A stretch of DNA of 64,000 bases. It comes from a virus. This document shows, piece by piece, positions 1-8,970 of the stretch (the first letter of the stretch is position 1; the number at the start of each line of letters is the position of its first letter). A program made the position numbers and the translations under genes. Where the stretch lies: the IMG/VR virus record IMGVR_UViG_3300012347_000391, positions 1-64,000 of that record; one strand, written 5' to 3'. Below the pieces are notes generated by a model, which worked only from the letters and a program-made list of their open reading frames with translations, made no database searches and was not told where the DNA came from.

Positions 1-1
1 A

Positions 2-583
2 AGTAGTATTGGAACACCACATATTAGATTTTCTACTATTTTTGAAAAAACACAAAAAAGTTTTTCTTCAAATTCTGCTAGTATATCTATTTTCTATAAT
101 CACTATCTTGAAAAGTCTATTTTAAATGATGTTGTAGATGTTAATTATTATATTTATAATAATAACTATCATATTAAGAAGGATGAAGTTTTTCATTCTT
201 TTATTAAAAAACAACTTTTAACACTAGATAAAGAGTATTGGGGAAAATACCTTTGTAAAAAAGGAGAACGTAATGATTATTTCTCATACAATAGTTTTGA
301 GAAACTGATTTTACCTCCTTCTAATGTACAAATAAGAGTAGATAGTGAAGACCTTAAGACTCCTTATATTTATTATAGAGGAGATAAAAAAGAATTTAAA
401 GTTCGTAATGAACAACCTATTAAAGAAAATGAACAACTTAAAATTGAAGAGTTCATTGTATATCCTAATTTATTAAATTATATTCATGGAAAACTTGAAC
501 ACAAATTACAGAAAACCGCCATTGCCGGAAGTAACATTAAAAGATACTATTCCCGTAATAATGTCGCAAGCTATCTTAGATAA
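2..583 (+). CDS. C-terminal part of a hypothetical protein (start lies upstream of the window)
   Basis: Frame 2 is open from the window edge to TAA at 581-583 (193 codons). It is absent from the ORF track because no start is visible. It overlaps the listed start of the next ORF by 98 nt, or by 23 nt if that ORF starts at ATG 561. No motif recognised. Confidence 0.45.
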   Translation, partial: SSIGTPHIRFSTIFEKTQKSFSSNSASISIFYNHYLEKSILNDVVDVNYYIYNNNYHIKKDEVFHSFIKKQLLTLDKEYWGKYLCKKGERNDYFSYNSFEKLILPPSNVQIRVDSEDLKTPYIYYRGDKKEFKVRNEQPIKENEQLKIEEFIVYPNLLNYIHGKLEHKLQKTAIAGSNIKRYYSRNNVASYLR

Positions 584-1688
584 GATACAACATCTATGTC
601 AAAAGATAAATAAAGTAGAATGGTCTGGAGTACTATTTTACAGCATACAAGGTTCTATTAAAAAGCCTAAAACTTTTAAAATTATTCTTGAAGAGATACT
701 TCCTATGGATAGAGGTAGTGCAAGTTATACATCTTATAAATTAGATGATAGATTTGTAGACTATCTTATGGAAGACCCTGAAACAAGAATGGATTGGAAA
801 GTAGGGCAAATACATAGTCATCATAATATGGGTGTTTTCTTTTCAGGAACAGACATGTCAGAGTTAAATGATAATTGTCCTCAACATAATTTCTATTTAT
901 CATTGATTGTAAATAACTACAATGATTTTATGGCAAAAGTAGCTGTATTAGGAGAAGCTACTGTTTCAAAAAAGAATGTACCTTTTATTGCTAGAGATGA
1001 AAATGGAGAAAAATACACTATGCAAACTTTAGATTTTAATCATACAGAAGAAAGAATGTATGTTTATGATTGTGTTATAGACTCCCCAATAAAGGAAGTA
1101 ATAGTCCCGGAGGATTTCTCAAAGAAAGTCGAGGACTTAATCTCTCCTCCAAAAGTAGTTCCTATAACTCCAATAGTTCAAACAGTTCCGGCAAAGCAAG
1201 TTTGGCCACCTACGCATGTACCTGTGAAGACTACTTCTCCGATAACCCCAATTGTCCAGTCCACGGGGAACTTGACTATTGGGACTAAGAAAGATTTTAT
1301 TAAGAAATTTTCAGAAGGTTTTGTTTTTGGTAGACATACTTTATTAGGGTATGTAGAACTTTATGAACCCTTTGTTTGTGATTTATTTGATAATGGAGTA
1401 GTACTAACTTCTCCAAATGGAATAACAGCAGAAGATTACTTTGAAAATCTTATAGGAATAGACCCTATTGATATTGCAAAAAGTATTTCTGATAGATACT
1501 TAGATGTTTTTGTAAAGAATTTACCTGATGCAACTTCAGATGCAGACTTTATTCATTATACAGAACAACTTTTAATCTATTTAGAAACTGAGTATAGTGC
1601 TTATGAAGATATTACTAATCCTACTATTGCCTTATTAAGAGCAATGATTAAAAAATTTAAAGAGTATGGCAGCAGAGCAGCAATTTGA
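486..1688 (+). CDS. JAB/MPN (JAMM) metalloisopeptidase-like protein with Pro-rich linker and C-terminal extension
   Basis: Complete JAMM signature HSHHNMGVFFSGTD (HxHx7Sx2D, nt 813-854) plus upstream Glu in KVEWSGVLFY. It resembles the Rpn11/CSN5-type HSHPG..WLSG.D. Alternative start at ATG 561 (MSQAILDKI...). Confidence 0.8.
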   Translation: MENLNTNYRKPPLPEVTLKDTIPVIMSQAILDKIQHLCQKINKVEWSGVLFYSIQGSIKKPKTFKIILEEILPMDRGSASYTSYKLDDRFVDYLMEDPETRMDWKVGQIHSHHNMGVFFSGTDMSELNDNCPQHNFYLSLIVNNYNDFMAKVAVLGEATVSKKNVPFIARDENGEKYTMQTLDFNHTEERMYVYDCVIDSPIKEVIVPEDFSKKVEDLISPPKVVPITPIVQTVPAKQVWPPTHVPVKTTSPITPIVQSTGNLTIGTKKDFIKKFSEGFVFGRHTLLGYVELYEPFVCDLFDNGVVLTSPNGITAEDYFENLIGIDPIDIAKSISDRYLDVFVKNLPDATSDADFIHYTEQLLIYLETEYSAYEDITNPTIALLRAMIKKFKEYGSRAAI

Positions 1689-2349
1689 TAGATTTAAAGG
1701 GGCCTCTTGGTTTCCCAAAGGAAATGAGTTAATTCTTATTGGTGGTTGTGGAGGTATTGGTTCATGGGTTACTTTCTTTTTAGCTAGAATAGGTTACTTA
1801 CCTGTTGTATATGACTTTGATGTAATTGAAGAACATAACATTGGAGGTCAATTATTTAGACACTCTGATATAGGTAGACTTAAAGTAGCAGCTATTTCTA
1901 GTATTTGTAGAGAATTTTGTGGAACAGAAATTACAACTATTAATGATAGAGTTACTAGAGATACTGCTACACATCATTTTGTTATATCTGCCTTTGATAA
2001 TATGCAAGCTAGAAAAGACCTTTTTGAAGTTTGGAAAAGAAGTATTCCTGATTGTCCAGTTACTCCTGTCTTTATAGATGGTAGATTAGAATTGGAACAG
2101 ATGCAAATCTTTTTCGTAACACCGGATAGAATTGCTGATTATGAAGCAAGATTATTTGATGATAGTTTAATTGAAGATGCTCCATGTACAATGAAGCAGT
2201 CTTCTCATGTGGCTGCTATGATAGCTTCTAAGATAGTAGGTATGTTAACTAATCATCTTTCTAATATATATGAAAGAGAGAATATGAGAACAACACCTTT
2301 CTACTATGAATTTGTAGTACCTTTAACATTAACAATGGAACAACAATAG
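1666..2349 (+). CDS. Minimal E1-like (ThiF/MoeB/HesA family) adenylyltransferase, 227 aa
   Basis: Rossmann nucleotide loop LIGGCGGIGS (nt 1741-1764), DFDVIEEHNIGGQ (the D.D.V...NL.RQ motif with R replaced by G), GRLKVAA, and AFDNMQAR (Mg-binding DN..R motif). Start overlaps the JAB stop by 23 nt. Confidence 0.8.
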   Translation: MAAEQQFDRFKGASWFPKGNELILIGGCGGIGSWVTFFLARIGYLPVVYDFDVIEEHNIGGQLFRHSDIGRLKVAAISSICREFCGTEITTINDRVTRDTATHHFVISAFDNMQARKDLFEVWKRSIPDCPVTPVFIDGRLELEQMQIFFVTPDRIADYEARLFDDSLIEDAPCTMKQSSHVAAMIASKIVGMLTNHLSNIYERENMRTTPFYYEFVVPLTLTMEQQ

Positions 2350-2350
2350 T

Positions 2351-3667
2351 ATGAGTGTAGAGATAAATGAATATACAAGTGGTACAGAAAATAATAGAGG
2401 AGATTTTTATAGTATAGCTAAGTATATACCATTAATGACTTATCTTAATTTGTATCATATTAATACAGAGTTAGAATTAGTATCTTTAGTTTTAAAAAAG
2501 CCTAGTTCTGTAGAAGGAGATTATCTTTATGGTAATTCTTCTGCTAAACTGCTTAGTTATCTCTCTACTTCTGTGTTTTTAAGACGAATTGAAACAAATG
2601 GTTTAATAATCCATGTTGGGAAAGGTGTCATCTATGATGACGAAAATAATATTTTACTTTCTCTTAGTATAGAGACGCAATTTATTGTAGATGCATTAGT
2701 AAATGATACTTATAATTGGAGTAGTCTTTTTGAGGCAAATCGTAATTTTGTTGGATATGAACCTTTTATAATGTTTGTTTCTACTGAATTTGCTAATGAT
2801 AAGAAGTTTGCTGTTTTATATAGAAGAATAAAAAAGATTTATTTAGATTTTTGTTTTGAAAAAGGTATAGAGATGAGGTTAATTTCTTCGTCCAAAATTG
2901 AAAAGAATACCTTCACAAATAATCTTAAAATCAAATTTAATTCTCTTACGGAACTAAATCGTCATCTAACAGAAGAAGTTAAACATCTGTTACAAACTCC
3001 TCTTGAAAATTTCCAAGAAAATGAATTTCCTTTACTTTTAGGTTCACCACCTGTACCTAAGAGTAAAGAAAAGAAAAGTCCTTGGCAAGACTTTGTTCCA
3101 CAAATGGAAGATAGAATAGAAGTTCTAAATCATTCTAGAGATTCTATGTTAGAAGATTCTGATAGAGATGAAGAAGATTTTGGACCAGTTGTTTTAGATG
3201 TAAATTCTCTTCCTTCAATAAGTTCCCCTTCTTTAGAAGAATTGTTACATGAAACTTCTCCTCTTTTTATAAATACATCTGTTACTCCTATACCTTCTAA
3301 TTATGTAAATAGAATAATGATGGATGTAGATAGGATAATGGCTATGGATATGTCTATATTAAGTTCTAATCAATCTTCTCTTAGAGATAGTGCTACAGAA
3401 GCACTAGGTGTTCCTGTTAGATATTTTGATAGTGACCAGTATGGAACAAATACTAGACCAGAAAATATTCCTTCTATTACTTATGATAGTAGAGAAGGTT
3501 TAAGTAGAGATAGTTTAGAAGAAGCTATTAATTATCTTGCAAGTGAAATAGATATAGAACAGGAAAGAAGAGAAGTTGAAAGAGGAGATGATACAGATTG
3601 GTTAGATGTAGATTATTTTGACACTAATCAAGAAGAAGATGAGCAAGAAAGAGACTTGCCGTATTAA
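2351..3667 (+). CDS. Hypothetical protein: folded N-terminal half plus a roughly 200-aa Ser/Asp/Glu-rich tail
   Basis: ATG lies 1 nt after the E1-like stop. The C-terminal half is low-complexity and acidic, ending ...QEEDEQERDLPY. No catalytic motif recognised. Confidence 0.6.
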   Translation: MSVEINEYTSGTENNRGDFYSIAKYIPLMTYLNLYHINTELELVSLVLKKPSSVEGDYLYGNSSAKLLSYLSTSVFLRRIETNGLIIHVGKGVIYDDENNILLSLSIETQFIVDALVNDTYNWSSLFEANRNFVGYEPFIMFVSTEFANDKKFAVLYRRIKKIYLDFCFEKGIEMRLISSSKIEKNTFTNNLKIKFNSLTELNRHLTEEVKHLLQTPLENFQENEFPLLLGSPPVPKSKEKKSPWQDFVPQMEDRIEVLNHSRDSMLEDSDRDEEDFGPVVLDVNSLPSISSPSLEELLHETSPLFINTSVTPIPSNYVNRIMMDVDRIMAMDMSILSSNQSSLRDSATEALGVPVRYFDSDQYGTNTRPENIPSITYDSREGLSRDSLEEAINYLASEIDIEQERREVERGDDTDWLDVDYFDTNQEEDEQERDLPY

Positions 3668-3726
3668 GATTAACGTGAAGGTTTAAGAAGGACATTTAAT
3701 TTTAACCTTTAAAAACTCTCGCTTAT

Positions 3727-4248
3727 ATGGGTTCAGGTAAAACAAATAAGTTACGTGGACATAATGGAGAAAGACATTATGCCATATATTTTCGTAACCT
3801 TGGTTTTGAGTTCTGTGAAACTTCTCGTGCTGCAAGTAGAAAACACGATAATGCTAAAATAGACTTAATGTATATTCCATACAATATTCAGATTAAAACT
3901 GGTAAACATACTAGTATGAATCCGGGTAAAGAACTGTTTAGTATGGAAGCATCAATAAAACTTATGTTCCCACCAGAAGATGAAGTTTTTAAAAAACCGT
4001 GCCTATTAATACATAGAAAATATGTAGAAGTAGGACATAAGAGAAAGATAGAAGACGATGTTGTCTTTATGTCTTTGAGACAATTTGATTTATATAGAAA
4101 CAATGGTGCAAATTTTGAATATCTTTCTTTGAAAGATTTTAAGTTTGAACTAGATTCTCAATTTAAAACAATTGTCTCAGTAACTATGGAGGATTTTAAA
4201 AATCAAGTAATCTTAAAAGAACAAAGTAATGTTAAAAATTGCAACTAG
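3727..4248 (+). CDS. Putative PD-(D/E)XK endonuclease, Hjc/RecU-like Holliday junction resolvase candidate
   Basis: GHNGERHYAIYFRNLGF ... SRAAS ... DNAKIDLMYIPYNIQIKTG fits the E...D...(E/Q)xK layout of archaeal-type resolvases. Motif-level evidence only. Confidence 0.4.
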   Translation: MGSGKTNKLRGHNGERHYAIYFRNLGFEFCETSRAASRKHDNAKIDLMYIPYNIQIKTGKHTSMNPGKELFSMEASIKLMFPPEDEVFKKPCLLIHRKYVEVGHKRKIEDDVVFMSLRQFDLYRNNGANFEYLSLKDFKFELDSQFKTIVSVTMEDFKNQVILKEQSNVKNCN

Positions 4249-5455
4249 AGAGGAAATCTCTGCATACAGAGAATCAGAAAGCTTAAACCAATCAAAAGTT
4301 AAAAAGCTTTTAGATGGTATCCACAACTTAGAAGAGGTTTTAGACCCTACTAAACAACATTTTATTGTTGGGGGAGCTGTGGATACCTTACTATTAGGTG
4401 AAGAAGGTGATTTTGAAAAATTATATTATGTAGGTCAAGCTTCTAAGAAGCCTACAGGAGCAGTACTTAGTGTAGTAGAAGAGGTTTTTCAAATGTGCTC
4501 TGCAGATTATGAAGAATACTTACTTACTACTATTAAAGTAGAAGCTACCGTATTTCAAGGAGAGTCTGAAGTTGTCATAACTCAAGATAGTATTGAAGAA
4601 GATATACCTGTTACTTCTTTTATTGAGTTTGCAGGTAGTTATGATGATAAAGATGTTTATATCTTAGATGCTGCAGAAAGATTGGAGTACAATCCTAGAT
4701 GGGGAGCAGATGCTAAGATTAAAAATCTAAAAACAGAGGATGCTAAAGAGTATTTTAGTAGTTTATTAGTTTCTTATGGAAGACTTATCATTGATAGTAC
4801 TACATACGAGAATATTAAAGCTATTGTAAATTCTCTTAAAACACATCAAAGAACTAGAAATTATTTTGATAGAGAGTATTTACAAAGTCTAAATTCCGTG
4901 GATACCTATTTTCAGCTTCCTGTTTTCTTTGACTATGAGTCTCCTGAAGGAGTGAAAGTTCCTTGTAAAGGACTTCTTGATATGGTCTTAGTGTTTAGAA
5001 ATGCAGAAAATAAAATTACTCAAATTATAGGTATTGATTTGAAAACCTTAGCTGGAAATACTTTATACTTCATTAGTAGTGTAAAACAAAGACGCTATGA
5101 TATTCAAGCAGCTTGGTATATTGAAGGTTTAAAAGCATATTTTGCTAATGAATTAGAAGAAGGTACTCCTATTAAATTTCAATTTGTAGTTGAAAGTACT
5201 ACTTTTCCGGGAAAACCTCTAGTTTTCTCTGCTTCTGAAGAACTCTTAGCTATAGGAAGATGGGGGAGAAAGGCAATTTCCCTAGTAGAAACAAATTTAT
5301 TTGCTGAAAATGCAGGGTCAGCCACTATTCAAAGAGAAGTTAAAGGTATTCAACAGTTAATGGATACTTATATCTATCATAATGAAAATGGTTGGGAAGA
5401 AGAAAGAGAAATTATAGAGGCCAATGGTCAACCTTTAGTACTTGATTGGAATTAA
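4229..5455 (+). CDS. RecB/Cas4-like PD-(D/E)XK nuclease family protein
   Basis: GLLDMV ... IGIDLKT ... QAAWY (D, DxK and QxxxY motifs). Overlaps the upstream gene by 20 nt. Confidence 0.5.
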   Translation: MLKIATREEISAYRESESLNQSKVKKLLDGIHNLEEVLDPTKQHFIVGGAVDTLLLGEEGDFEKLYYVGQASKKPTGAVLSVVEEVFQMCSADYEEYLLTTIKVEATVFQGESEVVITQDSIEEDIPVTSFIEFAGSYDDKDVYILDAAERLEYNPRWGADAKIKNLKTEDAKEYFSSLLVSYGRLIIDSTTYENIKAIVNSLKTHQRTRNYFDREYLQSLNSVDTYFQLPVFFDYESPEGVKVPCKGLLDMVLVFRNAENKITQIIGIDLKTLAGNTLYFISSVKQRRYDIQAAWYIEGLKAYFANELEEGTPIKFQFVVESTTFPGKPLVFSASEELLAIGRWGRKAISLVETNLFAENAGSATIQREVKGIQQLMDTYIYHNENGWEEEREIIEANGQPLVLDWN

Positions 5456-6060
5456 ACGTTATGAATATAAATATTGGTAACGTAGTAGAAAATAAAACTT
5501 TAAAGTATCTTTTTCCTGCTATTCGTGTTTATGGTTCTACTTTTTTAGCTAAGTTTAATTTGACATATAAACTAGCTTATGGAATACATGATTGTTTACT
5601 TGATGGTACTCCTTTTGAATATCAAAGAAAACTATGTATATTAATAGATAGAAAGAGTAGGCCAAATCTCTATGAGGATTTTATTAGATGGATTAGATTA
5701 CAGGAATATTTTATAGCAGACTATTCGCAAGATGATACTATAACAGGTAGAATGCAGATGGTAGTTATTGAGTTTCCTGAAGAATATTCTAGTATATATG
5801 ATAATTTTCTAAAAAGTAGTTACAGTAAAATGTATCTTAGATATAACATAGATGATTTCTTTAAAGAGGAAGACCATACTAAACAGGTTTTAATGAAGTC
5901 TTCAGAGTTAGCTCCTAGTTTTGTTAAATCAGTTAATGATTTATATAAAACAACACTTACTATTGAAGATTTTGATAAAGAAGGAGAATATGATTTTCCT
6001 TGGGAGAAACAAAACGAATTTTTTAACTATAAAGTATATATGGAGGGGAAACCCTCCTAA
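5446..6060 (+). CDS. Hypothetical protein
   Basis: Co-oriented ORF overlapping the upstream stop by 10 nt. No motif recognised. Confidence 0.55.
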   Translation: MELNVMNINIGNVVENKTLKYLFPAIRVYGSTFLAKFNLTYKLAYGIHDCLLDGTPFEYQRKLCILIDRKSRPNLYEDFIRWIRLQEYFIADYSQDDTITGRMQMVVIEFPEEYSSIYDNFLKSSYSKMYLRYNIDDFFKEEDHTKQVLMKSSELAPSFVKSVNDLYKTTLTIEDFDKEGEYDFPWEKQNEFFNYKVYMEGKPS

Positions 6061-6081
6061 TACTTTTAAAAAAGAGATTAT

Positions 6082-6327
6082 ATGACCATAATAAAAGTGG
6101 CACAAGGGGTAGAGTTATCTGAACAATTTAAAAATTGGATACAAAGAAAAGTGCAGCCTTCTATGCAAGATTCAGAAAAAGAAGTTTTTCAATATTTTGT
6201 AGATACTGTTTTAGAACAAATGGATTATTGGTTAGGAGTGTTAGATGAAAAAGCTACTTGGACAAGTGTTGATGTAGCTAATCTTATGGAGTGTAAACAA
6301 TCAGATATTGATTATATAGAGTTTTAA
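6082..6327 (+). CDS. Hypothetical small protein
   Basis: Tightly packed co-oriented ORF. No motif recognised. Confidence 0.5.
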   Translation: MTIIKVAQGVELSEQFKNWIQRKVQPSMQDSEKEVFQYFVDTVLEQMDYWLGVLDEKATWTSVDVANLMECKQSDIDYIEF

Positions 6328-6329
6328 TT

Positions 6330-7214
6330 ATGGCACTAATAGCAATATCAGGAAAAATAAACAGTGGTAAGGATACTGTAGGTAAGATTATAAACTATCT
6401 TCTTACAGGAGGAACATTAACTTATGAATCTATTGAAGGATTTTTAGAATACTATGAAGATGGTATAGATAAATATCCTTATCAAATCAAGAAATGGGCA
6501 GATACTCTTAAGGATATTATATGTATTCTTATAGGTTGTACTAGAGAACAACTTGAGGATAGAGACTTTAAAGAAAAGGAATTAGGAGAAGAATGGTGGA
6601 TTATTGAAACTTCATATAGAAATGGACCAACTCCTCCTGTTATGTTATATTCTAAAGAGATACTAACTCAATTGGGGTATGCACAACATAATATTAGAAA
6701 AACAACTCCTAGATTACTTCTTCAATTTATAGGTACTGAATGTGGTAGAAATATTATACATCCTAACATTTGGGTTAATGCTTTGATGAGTAAGTATCAA
6801 GTTAAGTTAGGTTCTAAAGTTGTACCGATTTTAAGTGGTAAAACAGGAGATAGTGGTAAAGTAATAGGTACTATAGTATATCCTAATTGGATTATTACAG
6901 ATACTCGTTTCCCTAATGAACTTAAAGCTGTTAAGGATAGAGGAGGAATCAGTATTAGAGTTAATAGACCTAAATATGCTAAAGGTTTACATAAAATTGA
7001 TTTAGGAAAAGGTGGAGTAATATATACTTCAGGAGAAGGATTAGAACAATTAGATAAAGCTTTTGAAATAGAAGCAGGAATTGTTCGACACACCTCTGAA
7101 ACAGCATTAGATAATGCTACTTTTGATTATACTATTAATAATGATGGTACTCTTGAAGAATTGATTGAGAAAATTAGAGAAATATTAATTCAAGAGAAAA
7201 TACTATGTCCGTAA
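6330..7214 (+). CDS. P-loop kinase, phage deoxynucleoside-monophosphate kinase-like
   Basis: N-terminal MALIAISGKINSGKDTVGK matches the SGK..SGKDT start typical of phage dNMP kinases. The protein is longer than usual (294 aa). Confidence 0.5.
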   Translation: MALIAISGKINSGKDTVGKIINYLLTGGTLTYESIEGFLEYYEDGIDKYPYQIKKWADTLKDIICILIGCTREQLEDRDFKEKELGEEWWIIETSYRNGPTPPVMLYSKEILTQLGYAQHNIRKTTPRLLLQFIGTECGRNIIHPNIWVNALMSKYQVKLGSKVVPILSGKTGDSGKVIGTIVYPNWIITDTRFPNELKAVKDRGGISIRVNRPKYAKGLHKIDLGKGGVIYTSGEGLEQLDKAFEIEAGIVRHTSETALDNATFDYTINNDGTLEELIEKIREILIQEKILCP

Positions 7215-7486
7215 AATTAACTAAACAACATTTAGATAAGTATCTAGCTAATCCAGAGGTATGTCCTTTTTGTGAATCAGATAACTTAAGAGCTGGTAGT
7301 GCTAGTTTCATAGAATCAATTTGTTCTAGAGACATTAAGTGTCTTAGCTGTAAAGAAGAGTTTATAGAAGAGTTTATAATGGTAGGTATCTCTCAAGCAG
7401 ATACTATTTTAATTATTAATCAAGATAGTTTCTTAACTGAAGCTGAACTAGTATATTATTATGGATACACAGATAGTACCAAGTAA
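7205..7486 (+). CDS. Small zinc-ribbon-like protein
   Basis: Paired CxxC motifs (CPFCESDN ... CLSCKEEF). Overlaps both neighbouring genes. Confidence 0.45.
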   Translation: MSVKLTKQHLDKYLANPEVCPFCESDNLRAGSASFIESICSRDIKCLSCKEEFIEEFIMVGISQADTILIINQDSFLTEAELVYYYGYTDSTK

Positions 7487-8969
7487 CAGACAAACTGTTA
7501 TTTATAATACTTTTCAAGAAACAGATTATAACTTACTAATCCAAGCAGTAGCTGGTAGTGGCAAAACAACAGTATTGCTTGGATTATTAGGATATGCTCA
7601 ATATAGAACTTTGTTCTTAGCTTTTAATAAATCTATTCAAGAAGAAATTTCAACAAGAATAGACCAAGCAGGTTTTCAACATGCTAAAGCTATGACATTA
7701 CATTCTTTAGGTTTAATGGCCTTAAATTATCATTTTGGTAAAGTTATTATTGATAAGAACAAGAACTACAAGCTAATTAAATCTTTACAAGATTATAATA
7801 AAGGTTTATTTAATAGAATGTCTTGGGAAGAGAAAAGTAAAACTACTATTACTCTTATGGAGATGAATGATGTAAGTAGAATCTATTTAACTAATGATGT
7901 TGAAAAGATTACAACTTATATGCAAGAGATGGATAAATTCTTTTTCTTACATCCTTTATTAGATGAGTTATGGCAAGAGTTTTTATACATAAGAACCTCT
8001 TATGAAGACCAAAAAATAATTGATTTTACGGATATGATTTATATGGTAGTAAATAGAGAGTTGCCTATTCCTGTACAGCCATATTATCTTATGATTGATG
8101 AATGTCAAGATTTAAATTTAGCTCAACATGAGTTTATAAATCAATTTATTAATCAAGGAGATGTTCACAAATGGATAGCTGTTGGAGATAGAAGACAAAG
8201 TATCTATGGATTCTCAGGAAGTCATTCTAGTTCTTTTGATTTGTTTAAAGAAAGACCTAATGTAGTTGAGTTACCTTTAGATGTTTGTTATAGATGCCCT
8301 ACACTAGTTATACAAGAAGCAAATCTTGTGTACGATGTAATGCAAGGGTATAAAACAGAATCAGGAGTAGTTTCTACTATAGATACATTTGATAAAGTAG
8401 TAGAAGGAAGTATGGTTATTTGTAGAAATTCTGCTCCTTTAATTCAAGCTTATTTTGAACTACTATCTAGAGATAAGAAAGTATATTTGAAAGGAGATGA
8501 TATTCTTAATGAATTAAATCGATTTTTAAAACCCTATCAATACAAAAAGATAAAACAAGTATTAGATGAACTTAGAGCAGAGATATTTTTATTAGAAGAT
8601 AAATCTACTTTAACAGATAAAGAAAGATTTAAGATTTATAAGTTAAGTGATAACTTAAAAAATCTTACTTTACTTGCTAGTAATTTTTGTAAACTAACAG
8701 ACAAAGTAGAAGAAGTTTTAACAAGATTAAAATATATGTTTGATACTATTTCAGATAATGATGCTATAGTACTTTGTACTATACATAAATCTAAAGGACT
8801 AGAAGCAGATATAGTTTATATCTTAAATGAATTTCTTATACCTTCTAAATTTGCTAAATCTGTTTCTCAACTTGAACAAGAAAAGAATCTTAGATATGTA
8901 GCAAGAACAAGAGCAAAAAAAGAATTACATTACCTTAATATAGGTAAGAAATCTAATAAAGAAGAGTAA
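7461..8969 (+). CDS. SF1 DNA helicase (UvrD/Rep/PcrA-like)
   Basis: Walker A AVAGSGKTT, motif II MIDECQD, motif III VGDRRQSIYGFSG, TIHKSKGLE, and motif VI YVARTRAKKEL. Confidence 0.85.
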   Translation: MDTQIVPSNRQTVIYNTFQETDYNLLIQAVAGSGKTTVLLGLLGYAQYRTLFLAFNKSIQEEISTRIDQAGFQHAKAMTLHSLGLMALNYHFGKVIIDKNKNYKLIKSLQDYNKGLFNRMSWEEKSKTTITLMEMNDVSRIYLTNDVEKITTYMQEMDKFFFLHPLLDELWQEFLYIRTSYEDQKIIDFTDMIYMVVNRELPIPVQPYYLMIDECQDLNLAQHEFINQFINQGDVHKWIAVGDRRQSIYGFSGSHSSSFDLFKERPNVVELPLDVCYRCPTLVIQEANLVYDVMQGYKTESGVVSTIDTFDKVVEGSMVICRNSAPLIQAYFELLSRDKKVYLKGDDILNELNRFLKPYQYKKIKQVLDELRAEIFLLEDKSTLTDKERFKIYKLSDNLKNLTLLASNFCKLTDKVEEVLTRLKYMFDTISDNDAIVLCTIHKSKGLEADIVYILNEFLIPSKFAKSVSQLEQEKNLRYVARTRAKKELHYLNIGKKSNKEE

Positions 8970-8970
8970 A

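Noticed and set aside
1070-1288. 72-aa alternative-frame ORF within the JAB gene
   Set aside because: It lies entirely inside a well-supported CDS, within the Pro-rich linker region. Its translation is low-complexity Ser/Asn-rich.
3668-3726. Possible hairpin (AAGGTT...AACCTT) after the 438-aa gene as a terminator
   Set aside because: It has only 6 bp with a loop of about 20 nt and no T-run, which is too weak to call.
3888-7093. Minus-strand ORFs 3888..4103 and 6797..7093 inside plus-strand genes
   Set aside because: They are antisense to motif-supported genes (resolvase-like and dNMP-kinase-like). Their translations are hydrophobic low-complexity sequence typical of shadow ORFs.
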